This document shows, in pieces, positions 47,753 through 60,618 of a DNA stretch of 64,000 nt; the stretch's first letter is position 1, and every line of letters starts with the position of its first letter. Below the pieces are notes generated by a model. It did no database searches, was not told the DNA's origin, and saw nothing but the letters and a program-made list of their open reading frames with translations. The position numbers and the translations under genes are program-made. The stretch is from contig NW_002060946.1 in the NCBI RefSeq assembly GCF_000150275.1, positions 96,678-160,677 on the forward strand. Direction: 5' to 3'. The stretch is from Trichoplax adhaerens (taxonomy: Eukaryota; Animalia; Placozoa).

Positions 47753-50700
47753 AATAAATAACATGCACAATTGGATAGATAACTATGAAATACCATGATT
47801 ACTTTTCTCCAGAGCTAATAATATATAATTAAATCATTGCGCAATCTATCGTACTTCATCTATTTTAACGTAATACTTCAACATAGTTTGTAATTGCAAT
47901 ATCTGTAATTATTTTGATAGGTTTTAAATTATGATAAGAAATCTTAAGTCACTTTCTATTTACTGCATTCCTTCTTGTACATAATTTTATATTAACTTCA
48001 ATGATATTTCACCAGCTCATCTAAATCAAAACACAGCATACAGTATAGCGAAACCTGCTTTATATCGCATCAACATACAGCAAGAAATCATAATTAAATA
48101 ATTGACCATATTCATATCTGACTATAATCTAAGAAACATTGCCGCTAAAATTCTGAGAAATTGCTGTAAATCAATGTCTTAACTGGAAATTCTTTATTAA
48201 TACACAATAGTTGATTTCTTAATATAAAGTTATCGCTCATTACTAAATAGCCAAATACAACTTAAAAATAAATGCTAAAACACTTTCAGACTGATAAACA
48301 ATAAACTTTAAAATTAATAATTAGATACGACTTTTCCGTCGATATCAATCAGCTTGACGAGTAAAAATTAGACATAGTTCACTAGAATGGTTCTATAGAG
48401 GCTGCGGCAATTAAACCTGCTGCATACAGTCTCTAATAGGATACCATTACAAGAGCTACAGAGATCAGTATGTAAGATTAATGTGCTGTTTTCATGCATT
48501 AACACAATATAATGTATTATACTACCACTGTATTATCAACACTATTGCTAGATTTTCATTCAATACCATAACCAATCCAGTCGTACAGTATATATGATTA
48601 TAATTCTGATGCAACACTTTTTATACATTTATACTGTAACTACAAGCATTTCTAACCTGAAGTCCCTAATATTAGAATAGGTGAATTATTAACTAGAATT
48701 ATAGTTAATGCGCTATTCTTCAGTTTATTAGCAAATAAGTAACTTTTAATTATCAATTTCCTGAATGGCCTAAATTTATAATGGTAACGAAATAACAAAG
48801 TCCATAGTAACCCAATCTTTCTCATGTAATTTCACAGAACTTTGTCATGATGATTAGAACAATTACAGAATACTTTATCATTTGGCGAACACATGGCTAG
48901 GCGTATGAGCAACGCTAACAAAATAATAGCATCCTACAGTAACATATATATATATATATACGAGTAATATATATTTTGAAAGCTATCTGTTTGTCAATTG
49001 CATAATCAGCACTATCAATTTATAGCTTTTGCTATTCATATGTGCGCATTTCTACCATACTGAAGCGCATATATTGTTATGCATCGAAATGAAATGTGCT
49101 CATATCTATTACTGTGCATTTCATTAATTTCTTCGTCAACGCTATTCAGCAATATAGTATCGTTTATCACTCATTTACGAGTATACTGAAGATTCGACTG
49201 CTGATTCGTAGATATCTTTAACATCCGCTATACACGAACGACGATATGTGAGCACTGTATATGTTAGATTTTACACATTCTGATGTGTTTATTAATCTGT
49301 CTTTAATGTTTTTTAGGAAGCCATCTGTCTGCCAGATTCACAGTTCCAAAAAGTCATCAACTGTTGCATGCTACTCTTTTCGCCCAATGCTATAAGACAT
49401 GCAACATATCCTTGTGTATATAGAAGTCAGCTGCAAGATTTACAAATGCTTGCTACAAAATATTTCCATAGCTACTTCATCAATATTATTTCATAGTGGT
49501 GTTAATCCATATATTTGCACGTAGTTCTACATATACACATTGTAAGACGTTGTACTGTGTTCCAAAAAGTATTCAAAAATTTATTCGGAAAAGCTCTTAC
49601 AATAACTATTAAGTTAATAAATCGAATCAGGCTGCTCAAATCTAATTACGGTTAAAGCTGGTTTATAATAATTAAAACAATTTCGTTGGCATTAGTCAAT
49701 TATAATGTGTCCACGCAAAATGTACGTCATTAATTACGGTAATTATTTATCTACTGTCTTTTATTTATAATAAGTAATTCGTTCTGAGTAACAGTTATGA
49801 CGAAAAGGTAGAAATATAAAATAAATAAAATTTTAGGACTACGATGCCTTTTTTCAATATTGATTCATTATTATATAGGCGAAAGCCATCGTAAGATTAC
49901 TCGTTTAAAGCAAATCAAACCAACTACAATAAATAATTTCATAAGCATCTGGCCTTAATCCTCTATAATTAATTAGTTAAATTTGATCAGCTACAATTCA
50001 TAAATTGAAAAATCCTGACTACATCGAGACTAATTTAGTAAAAAGTTATTGGTTAACTTTTTGATAATATAATAAATAAATAGTAAACAATCTTCATTAA
50101 TTACGATAGCGCAGCACATATGGTACATCCATTCTTAAATTTAGTAAATAGCTATAGAATTAACGGCCTGACGTAGTTTCAGATGTTGAGGGATTTCATT
50201 CTTTTGTTGGATACCAAATCATTACTTGTATCGCTAAGTAGCCGTAAGCGAAAATTGATTTATTGACTAATCTCCCATTTACCTATTCATTAAGTCGTAA
50301 AGGATATCATTCAAAAGCTTTTACCTTAATAATACCAATACGGGCCTACCATGTATCAGTGCATATAATATATACAGGATAACGCGAAAATTTGGCGATA
50401 TATTTGTGTGGAAGTCCTGTTTGTATGGCTAAGATCAAATATTTTTGCATTACAATTTTAAATAAATTTATGAATCTAGTAATTGTAGCATGATAATTTG
50501 AAAAAAGCCGAAATAAGTAACCCTGTTTATACAAATTAATTACTTAGATAAATGCTATTAAATTTTAAAGTAAGATGTTCGTATTACTGAAATATTTGTT
50601 AGAATTATTAACAAATGTTTCATAAACTCAGAAAGAGACAACCCTTTCAGCATTACAAGTATTCCAGTCTTTATTACAAATTTTGGATGATTTATAAAGT

Positions 50701-53700
50701 AATCTTATAGATAATATCGTAAAATAATATTCGTAATGATCTTCAAACGAGAAATACTTAAGATATCGGCACCGCATCTCTAGTGAAATCAAGGATATTT
50801 CGTTTTCACTCCAATGGTGATAATTTACTTAATAGCCTCTCCTCTTGTCTATATAGACCACGCTGCAGTACTCATAGTGCTGTTTTCCAAATTACTACCA
50901 TTACAAACTGAATCCTAGGTATATCTTCAGAAAAATGTAATAGCAAAGATTTTTTTGATACTTCTATCATAAATTTCAGCATCATAGTAATAAAATTCTA
51001 CTGGAAAGTACTGTACACCAAAATAAGATAGTTTATCTTACGGTATACGTGTACCTTACGACATGTTACTATCACCGTACTGACATTGCATAAATTGTTA
51101 CTGATTTATGATATTATATGATCTATTCCAACTAATAATTGCTATGGGCTGTGTAATTCAATATCATTCTAAAATGCCCAATATGCTTTTCTATAATATA
51201 TCTAGTAACTAACAATACCTTAATATCGTTTATAATTTTGTAATCTTAACTATCAACGAATTTCTAATAAGTTGCTAGTTCTCATTCCTCGCCATGAAAT
51301 TTAATTTAACCTATATGATGAGAACAGAAAGATCACTTTATTACTGAATTTAATTCCTTTCCTATAGTTAGCTAATTTAGGCAAAGCAGGTCATTAATCA
51401 ACAACCACTTTTAATAAAGCGCACCTCAGGATAATATGCAGCAATCTGCTACACTGCATATACATACAAATGCTAATACACAGAGAAACCAGTCCATAGG
51501 AATTGAAAATGAATGTACGCAAATTTCAAGTAGAAACTTTTTGTTTGTTCTGACTACAATAAGGTAAAACTACTGTACGTTATAATGCAAATTGAAAACC
51601 TAAGGACAGATCTAGTAATAAAATTTAAATTTGATAGTATAATGGTGTATATTAGTGAGTAAATATTTGAGTCGCCTCAACTGATACTGTGTTCAATAGA
51701 ACAGTAGCCTCAAAACAATTTCACTCTTTAACTACTCTTGTGACCTATTGAATATCGTTAACCATTAAATACATTTATGCCCGCTTGGATAACGTTAGAA
51801 CACATTCCGTCACATTAGCGTGGTAATTACTTAAACTATTACGAATAGCCGTAAAGACAATAAATATCAAGATTAAGGATTATTCACAGTTTTTAAAATT
51901 AGAATTATCAATAAAAAGATATTTGGCGAATGATCGAGCATTCGAATGAGATATCCGGTATCATAGATGCTTATTGCTTGATAGCTTGCTGCAACTATTC
52001 AATAGCATTCTTTTACGTTAATATTGGTTCTCGACACTAAATTTTGGCACTACTACTGACAGTTATGATAGTTGTTTTCTACCCTTTCTATAGGAAACAA
52101 AATTTAAAAGGCATCTGATGCGTGTAACAGTTTTAAGATAAAAATAGTACAACAATCCACAGAGAATTTCTCTTAGCTATGCGATAAACTAAATTCAAAG
52201 TATCGTTCTTTATTCAATCAGCTGGATACAGTTGTTATCGAATAATCAATAACATCAAAAATTTTGTAATACGAAATTCATTAATTACACGTTATACAGG
52301 TTCAAGATATTTGGTTCCAACAAGGCATGAAATGCCTGCGGCACTGTATAGCAGTAGTTAATAGATGACTACCATTTTACTTTGGCGGTTACGAAATTTT
52401 ATGGAAATTGTAATTGATTTAAAGTTCTGTAAAATGAATAGGAATTTCAATTTACAAAGCACGAAAGCACTTGGTATAAATATTAACCGTAGCTGTAGCT
52501 CAGCTAATTCAGTTCCGAAAGTATGAAATCATTAAAGTTTGTTAGCCGTGATGCAAATTTTACAGCAAATACTATTGCAAGAATTATGCATCAATTTTCT
52601 TGCGCGACAATTCGACTACGTAGAAGAATTTCCTCTATAGTAATTTTTTGCGTAGCAAATATTATCAGAGCAATAGGTGTAATTCTATTAATCATTGCTC
52701 TATTTAGAATAGGCTTATAATGCCAGGATTCACAATGGTGCCAGCACTGCCTGATATAATCGTCAATAAATTGTTACGAGCCCATATAAAGTAAACTTTT
52801 TCAGATTATGATGAATTATATAATATACAAATTTATTATATGTTTTTGATGCCACTGTACTATCGTTTCTATTTACAGATATAGTGGACTGCAACACTGC
52901 AAAAATTTAATATTAATATACACAATTGCTTGGTATATCTAAGAATGTAGGCTAAATATATATGCAATTAAAAAAGAGCTCTAGTAAGACAATAATATTG
53001 ACAGTGAATCTGTTTGATGTAAATAAATGAAACCTGGATTATTATATTTAAGTATCCATAGACACCAAGGTCAGCCAGTAGTTCTACAGTAAAACAGCTT
53101 TGAAGTTGTATATGAGATATTAGGTGAAAAGGTTACATTTTATTGTCATAAACGCAACCTTACCAATTCAAGACAGTAAATTAATGAGTATCGTAATTAA
53201 TTTAAAGGCAGAATACATCTTAGATATTAGCGGGATTGTATTAACTCTTGCTTTCAAGCTTTATGTCGCTTTGATGATAGACATACATGGTCATTGATAC
53301 TTGAATGGCTTGCAAAGAATAAAATTACAACTAATCTTACTTTTAAGATGAGAAACGACTAAGTAAATATTATCAATCCAGCGACAAGATAGTCTGCGTC
53401 ATAAGCAGTTATGATTTCATTACATAAGGAAAGTTGTTCATTCTGTATTTAGCATCAGCCAAAAGCTTGATCGTCCTTACTGTTATTAGGAAAGTGTCTA
53501 TTACTTTCGAATCGCTATATTTACTGAAATCAAGATAAAATTATAACCTTGACTCGATATAGTTTTTTTACACCATAATTACAAATTAATATCATCTTAA
53601 CATTGATGCTCTATGGTAATAAATCCATCCAAATATCTTAATAATCCACTTTCTTTGAAGAATCAATTCAAGCCGTTGTTTTCCGTACATTTATGGTCAT

Positions 53701-53994
53701 GGTAGCTTTTTCCATTTTGCCCTTGGTTCTGAACAGTATCCCATACTATAATTACAGCATTTCATGATCACTGGTATTAATAAACTAAACGAAACTGTGG
53801 TGAGGTTTGGTAAAATACAATTGAATTAATGTTGGCTAAATCGCAATTTCTTAAATTCGAAATTGATTCGTAGTATTCTACAAATGCTGTTTGTCCACTA
53901 TCTAAATACCGATTTGTAAGTTCTTCAACAGCATTGTTTACCATGTATGCCATGATGTAATATCATGACAATGCGGACCAATTCAGTAATTCAT

Positions 53995-55020
53995 TCAAGA
54001 ATTTATTAGTATATTATTGACGTTACTAATCGGCGAAGAATAAATAAAGGGATGAATTGCCATATTCACTTTTTGAAGTAGAATAACAGAAATAGAAACA
54101 TATTTCAACGAAGCTACTGTCTGATTAATTTCCATTGGTTGTAATAAAATTGCTAGAGATAAAGGTAACCAAGTTGTTGCATCAGTGATTGCAATTGCGA
54201 TGGCAAAAAATATCAGCCACGGTCTAATTTCATTTCTGACTAATATCGCATCGTTGCGACTGTGATGTTGTCGTGACGGAATTGATTGTTGACACCAGCC
54301 AAGTGTAAATATTATATGAGCATAGATAATAATAACTAAGCAGTAGGAGATAAAGCAATAGGCCAAGTAACATGTTGCTGAATAAAATAAGATCTCAGGT
54401 GAAGTATTCAAATAAATACATAAACCATTGACATCATAAGTATCATCGAATGGTATTCTTGTTAAGGTACGGGATAAAATTGTAACAATGCTGGCAGTTA
54501 TAATGGCTATCATCCATATGATAGATGTGATTACTAGTATCGTGATGCGATAGTCTTGCCAACTCAAGGCACGATAGTGTAAAATTAATTTCGATCTCTC
54601 AATAGCTATTAGAACTGCAAATGATGATGATGCAATCGTAGAAACACAGTTAAGAAATCGTAAGACAGCACAAAATGAACTATTTGGCCATTGATAGTAC
54701 TGTGATCTATCATTTGATGGATACGATTGACGATCCAAGTAAACGTCAACGGCAGCAATAGCAGTCATATAAAATGTACCGATTAAATCAGCAAAAGCAA
54801 GATGTGCTAGTAAATATGACGGTGTAGCATGTAATCGATTACCATTATTGTGATGTATAGAAGATACACGTTGCACAGTATTGGTATTCTTACGGAATCG
54901 CTTACAGTGAACTATAATGGCAGCAATATTGGCTAAACTACCTAGAACGCCTGGTATCCAAGTCACAAATGGTGCGAAAACCCTATGTCCAGTAATTGCG
55001 GATGATCGATTCGAAGCCAT
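53995..55020 (-). CDS. Intronless class A GPCR with LGR/relaxin-receptor/GRL101-type 7TM core, no LRR ectodomain, 341 aa
   Basis: Single ORF with 7 hydrophobic segments; LAHLAFADLIGTFY..IAAVD, Y....W..S.FC..L.FL, IAIER, NGLC, TDATTWLP and HPFIY resemble the LGR-family transmembrane signature. Confidence 0.85.
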   Translation of the reverse strand: MASNRSSAITGHRVFAPFVTWIPGVLGSLANIAAIIVHCKRFRKNTNTVQRVSSIHHNNGNRLHATPSYLLAHLAFADLIGTFYMTAIAAVDVYLDRQSYPSNDRSQYYQWPNSSFCAVLRFLNCVSTIASSSFAVLIAIERSKLILHYRALSWQDYRITILVITSIIWMIAIITASIVTILSRTLTRIPFDDTYDVNGLCIYLNTSPEILFYSATCYLAYCFISYCLVIIIYAHIIFTLGWCQQSIPSRQHHSRNDAILVRNEIRPWLIFFAIAIAITDATTWLPLSLAILLQPMEINQTVASLKYVSISVILLQKVNMAIHPFIYSSPISNVNNILINS

Positions 55021-58000
55021 GACGTGGATGCCACCTTAACTAGTAATCTTGGTAACTAAAGTGAAGATCAATTCCCAGAAATGTCTCTGCAATTATGCTG
55101 GTATATTTCTATCGGTACTAAATTTACTAGATCTAAAGGCTTATGTAACTTCGTATTTACTTTTGATGGTATTACTGAGTTGAAACTCTAAAATGGAAAT
55201 TAAGTACGGTAATATTTATGAGATGAATTATTACCCTTATACCCCAAACACTGAGTATTAACAAATGATGTTGATGACATCTAACGTCGAATAGTATCAT
55301 GGCAAATATTTAGTGTATATTAGAAATTCAAAGTTGCGTAATCATAATTCACTTAATTAATTAACGATCATATTTAAGTTTATGATCTTAATATTCTGAG
55401 ACAAAAACTAACAGTTATTGTATTTTTATTAATAATCCGTGCTGAAAGCATTCATATATATAAGGAATTAATTAATTAATATAGGAAGAATAGCTTCAGA
55501 CGTTTAGGTTGATCTACCGGTCATTAACATATAGCTAATATAACCAATAAAAAATTTACAACAAAGTCCCCCTAAAATAATAGCAGCTTATTGTATTCGG
55601 TTTACCAATCTGCTCATAACGTCATCATTATTACAGTCATTACCATTTGTATTATACCTCATTTTTATCTACTAAGGTAGCCTATAAATTTAATGTATGA
55701 TCGATGTTAGTATACGAACTAGAGAGGTACTGTATCCTATTGAGTTGAGGGTTTAATAAATATTGATGAAATTAAAATCCAATACGAGAATATAAAAGTA
55801 ATAACTTCTTCTGTGATTTCGAATTTTATTTCTTTTGAGGTTTACTGTACTATTTGTTACAGAGGTCAATTTCTGCCTTGATGCTACTTCCATAATTATG
55901 AATCTTTCATAGCTACAGATAGAGATATAAGCCAATTTTTAGTTCTTACCTTTGATAATATCAATCTATAAAATGTTGTCTGAGAGTTTTTAGTAAAATG
56001 GGGTAAGTTTATAAAGAAACATCTGTGTTACGCTGTCAACAGGAAGCCAACCATTTCTTAACATTCGATTGTATTTCCAGTTAGCGAGGTGATTAAAATA
56101 ACAATCCAATACAAGTACAATGCTAAAATCGATTGAACGTCATGCTATTATATTAACGTCTGAGCTCAAGGCAACCATAGTTAAATAAGTTTACTTTAAA
56201 TTTTAAAAATAGGAAATTTAATAAGAAGTGCTACTAGATGTTCAATTTTAGTCCATAAATGGTATTGTACGAGAACTCTTAATTAAAATATAGAACTTAA
56301 CTATATTTTTCCTGATATTAAAATCTCCAGATTTTAAATTACTTCTTATGTATGTAATGAAGGATGTAAGATTAAAACTAACAATTGGCAATGAAAGCCA
56401 TTATAATCTATCATTTTAGAATAACCTATGATGTTTAAAGAAATAATATTTTATTTGTTTTATTATTAAGAATTGAATTATTAGCTAAAATTAATTAAAA
56501 TAAATGCCTATAATTTGATTTATGAAATTAAAGGTGGCATGATAAGCTAGTAAAAATCTGCAATATACTTGTATATATTGACACATATACTAATCCATGA
56601 TACATCGAAAGCAAATTTTAAAACTATGGAACAAGGAGATACACGCGCGATATCGTTTGTGCTGACTATACAGATATCTACGAGTATAAAGAAAATGTCA
56701 AGAAGATACTGTCCCTTTCAAATCTATCACCATTATGTTAGTAACCTTCTGTTTAAGTTTCATTTTAGTGGTACCAATTAAATGGAGATAGACAGAAATA
56801 TTGAATATTAATATTTTTGCTACGGAAATAAACTTACGCTAAACTTCAATTTTATGATAATTTTACGTAATTATTTCACGCATTGTACTGTATATATATA
56901 TATATCATATTAAAATCTGCTTGCAAAAAAATATGTGTGCAAATATTCGGTGTAAATTAATTACGTCTCGTATACGGTATTGTACTTCATAAAATTGTTC
57001 GTTAATTGAGGGAAGATAACTAAAATACTACGTGATTATTATGAAGAATCGAAGATTAAATTATATTCCGCGTTTATTATACGAGCAATAACCTTTATCT
57101 CCTGTAATTTGGATTCTAGAGTAAGAAAATCCATGTATAATGCAATATATCATTGGTACATATGTACCAATAATCTATTCATTTAGGCCTTAGATTAGTA
57201 ATTTATCAATGATAAAGTCGCGCCCTTATGGGCTAATTTACCTTATATTTACAGATGTGATTATACAGTGCAAGTGCAATCGAATTCTAATTACACTTTC
57301 AGTATTTAATTAGCGCTTTTCTCACTTAGAAAAGAAGTAGGGAAATACAAACTAATTACACTAATAGATCTGAATAATATACTCCCTAACAGATTTTGCT
57401 CAAAATGAGATCGTCTGATCGCCAGATAAAAGCAAAAGTTAAAATATTTATGGCATTGCGTAATAAATACTGTAAATGTTCATGAAAATCTTTTAATACG
57501 AATACATTGTACAGTACTGTATAGTATTGTAAAAGTCATCTCACTACAGCATGGTATCCGATGGCAAATCAATCTGTAAACGATAGCATTTACATTTAAC
57601 TAAATAGTCCAAAATTATACTGTTTTGCTAGCTAGTATCCAATGGTGTGTAATTTGTTGTGCGTAGTACACTATGTAGTAGTAGATAATTTCCGATTTCT
57701 AACATGACTATCAGGTATGAACTTTTTCTTCACCATACCAAAAGTACGAGTATGCAATGAGAAATGTCTTACCCAAAGGTGTTTGTTTTTGTCAATATCT
57801 ATTCCATATTATAAACCTAGTCGTAATTTATTTTAAGAACGATAATGTCTTATTAAGAGTCACATTTTTTCGCCATTGCTCGTACAATTTCAAGAAATTA
57901 GAATTTGTTAGTTAGGAGATCCAATAGCATCGTGTATTGAATGCGTCGTTGTATTGGCCAAAATAGGTACATGACAGATACCAGCTCAATAAAATTTAAT

Positions 58001-58185
58001 TTTTAAAAATATTATGTAACAACGTCCCATAAACAAATAGTATTAATATGCAGACTTTTTATTACAAGAAACAATTATGATAGCGATATAAAACATTGAA
58101 TGCAGAATGCAGTCATCTTCAATCGTATAGTTACTAAGGCAATAGATAATGTGAGGATTCGATGCTTCGGCTTGGAGTAGATTGA

Positions 58186-59556
58186 TTACCCGTTGACCAG
58201 GACTGACAAAGCTTTGACAACATCGCCACCGTTTTCTCGTAAATTTTTCTCAGCTACAGCTTTGGAGATTTCCATTTCATTTGCCTAGTTACAGCAGATA
58301 ACAGTATGATCGTAACTATGTTATGCAATGATAGGAAGGCAAACTGATCGTAATTATTAATTAATTCTATAATTTGTGTTTAATTTATCCTCTGTTATCC
58401 TAATACGAATGGATTTGACTTACAATTAACTCAATGTCTTCCTTATTCACTTTAACTTTAGCTAATTCCAGCTCTCTATGAAGAAAATAGCAAATATTGT
58501 TCTCATTAAAGACGCGACGTATTATTGAGAAAATTCAATTCAGCACAGCGTAGCTAATAAACTATAAATAAGCAATCTACAATACACTCAATCCATCGAT
58601 ATGAATACTAATGACTGTATGATCGTTCGCACCGTCAATAGCATCTTGTATGATGAAAATCGAACGTAACATCGACACGTATTTCGTGCTAATTCAACAT
58701 TGCTATCGATCGACTGAGCAAGGTATAGACCAGCTATTCGTTTGCAACTTGTATTACATACCTACGCGCTTTTTTATTTAATTCTTGTTGACGTTTCTCT
58801 CCGATGAGTTGGAAAGCCTTAACATATGAAAAATAATAGAAAAGTAACAAGGTAAAATTTCAAGTTGAGAAGAGGAATCGACACTAACATGAATGCAAAT
58901 CTCCTGGCAGAGGAGAATATCAAATTATAGCTTTCCATCCTGCTAAGAACAGTTCATGGTATACAACTGATACGAAAGCTCACTACTGGTGCCTGATTTA
59001 TTTCATTCCCTGCATCATTACCAAGCAGGCATAAAACAAGCACTATGTACCTTGACAGTTTGTTTTATCATAACGACTTGTCTAGCCTGTAACAAACTGG
59101 AAATGAAGGCTTAGCAGGTGAACATGATCGTAGACTACATTATATCCATTCTTCCAATGAAAAAGGTACGCAAAAGTTTCAGATTGCTACAAACTATATT
59201 AAATACCCACTTTACATTGCATCAATCAGAATAGAGATGTGTGGATATCGGTGATGAACATTATGGTGGGTATGAGTTAACGGCCACCTTGCAAGTCGTC
59301 GCCTCAACAACAAACGTAGGATTGATCAATAATTGTATAATAATTGTATTCTTGAACTAAGTCAATTTCATACTGCACTCATCGATATCATCATGTTACA
59401 AAACTGGCTGTTACTACTACTGCTACTACTGACATTTTCAATATCCAATTTAATTTCTTGTTCTTCAGCATAATCAGTGACACGTTCTAAATCTGCAGCA
59501 GTTTCACTATCGTGTTTCTTGCCAGTATTAGGGACGCCAGCATTCTCTTCCTCCAT
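58186..59556 (-). CDS. HYPK: Huntingtin-interacting protein K (NatA/NAC-associated), 4 exons, 109 aa
   Basis: Exons 59556-59434, 58817-58762, 58475-58424, 58284-58186; protein contains KHDSETAADLERVTDYAEEQEI, ELAKVKVNKEDIELI and the UBA-like EMEISKAVAEKNLRENGGDVVKALSVL typical of HYPK. Confidence 0.93.
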
Positions 59557-60618
59557 TTTGCGTTGTAGTTGGCCGTGACCGAGGACTGGTGTCCGTCCTG
59601 TCTCTGACAATATCCAGTATGATGAAAAGCCCTTGGCTATCTAGTGTCTATTGTACACCGTGCAGATTATAGTCTGCTATAGTGAATATATTTCAAGATC
59701 AATTTTTATTGCCTTTTTCTTGCGCAGGAGCACATGTACCATACGTACAATGCATTGTACTGTACATAGAGGAGGTTTTCCTTGACCACTTGACCTCCCC
59801 TGTGCTGTACACTGTAGAGTACAGCATGTCAGTAAGGAATCACTAGGACTACTGAAAGATGCGAGCAGCTTGATACAGATCGGATTAATGATGGCGCAAG
59901 GTTGGATTCACTATGAAAAATGATTGAGTGACTGCTCGCTCATGCGCTAAAACCGGTCTCCTACACTCGTGATACTTTAGTATCGTCACGGAATGGTGGT
60001 ATCACGTGTACATCATCACGAGTCAGACGCATCGAGTTCATAAAAGGAACTCTACTGTAATGTACTGTACATTACACTGAGTGTACAGTGTACAGTACTG
60101 TACTGTACAGTAAGTTGATAACCAGTGTTGAATGACCAGACTGTAAGACTTTAGTCGTCTTGTACTGTAGGTGTATCGTGCATAGATTCAGCTACAGTCA
60201 AGCCTGTGTGGGCGATACATATCATAGTTTGCCGTGTTTACTACCCAGCAGCAGCCCCATCCAAATAATACAGTAGTGTGTTCCATCCAACTTGATATTG
60301 TCCCTCCAGCTACCTTGAACCTGACTCAAACAACCAAGGCCCAATTAGCTCTTCTCTTCCTTTTCCAGACTATTCTTGCTACTCATGAGAGCCATTCCAT
60401 TCCTCTCTATCTTTAAATTAGCCTTATTTGCCATGGACCTGAGCAATTGAGCATGGAATAGTGGATAGTGAAACAAAGTACTTGTCAACCTCCTTCATTC
60501 AGGAGTGGATCGTGCTACAACATTGTTAAAACGTTTATCATTGTTGTTGATTTCCATTGATAAATAGTTATCCTACCGTCTATTAGACTGGTTGTTTTCA
60601 AGCTTCGAAAGGGCCAAG
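59557..60618. promoter_or_regulatory. Putative bidirectional promoter between HYPK and the SBP2-like gene, with a TACAGT/ACTGTA cluster
   Basis: Divergent start codons ~1.06 kb apart; locally higher GC; gtgtacagtgtacagtactgtactgtacagt at 60081-60111. Confidence 0.6.

Noticed and set aside
57152-57171. Perfect 20-bp palindrome ATTGGTACATATGTACCAAT
   Set aside because: One such palindrome is not improbable in 64 kb of AT-rich DNA, and it has no supporting context.
59557-59610. N-terminal extension of HYPK in the ORF track
   Set aside because: Begins at TTG; the ATG at 59556 gives a normal-length HYPK.
59861-59939. SECIS or C/D snoRNA-like hairpin bounded by GCGAGCAG/CTGCTCGC
   Set aside because: Only 8 bp of pairing, no SECIS helix II geometry, no CTGA D box, and it is not in a 3' UTR.
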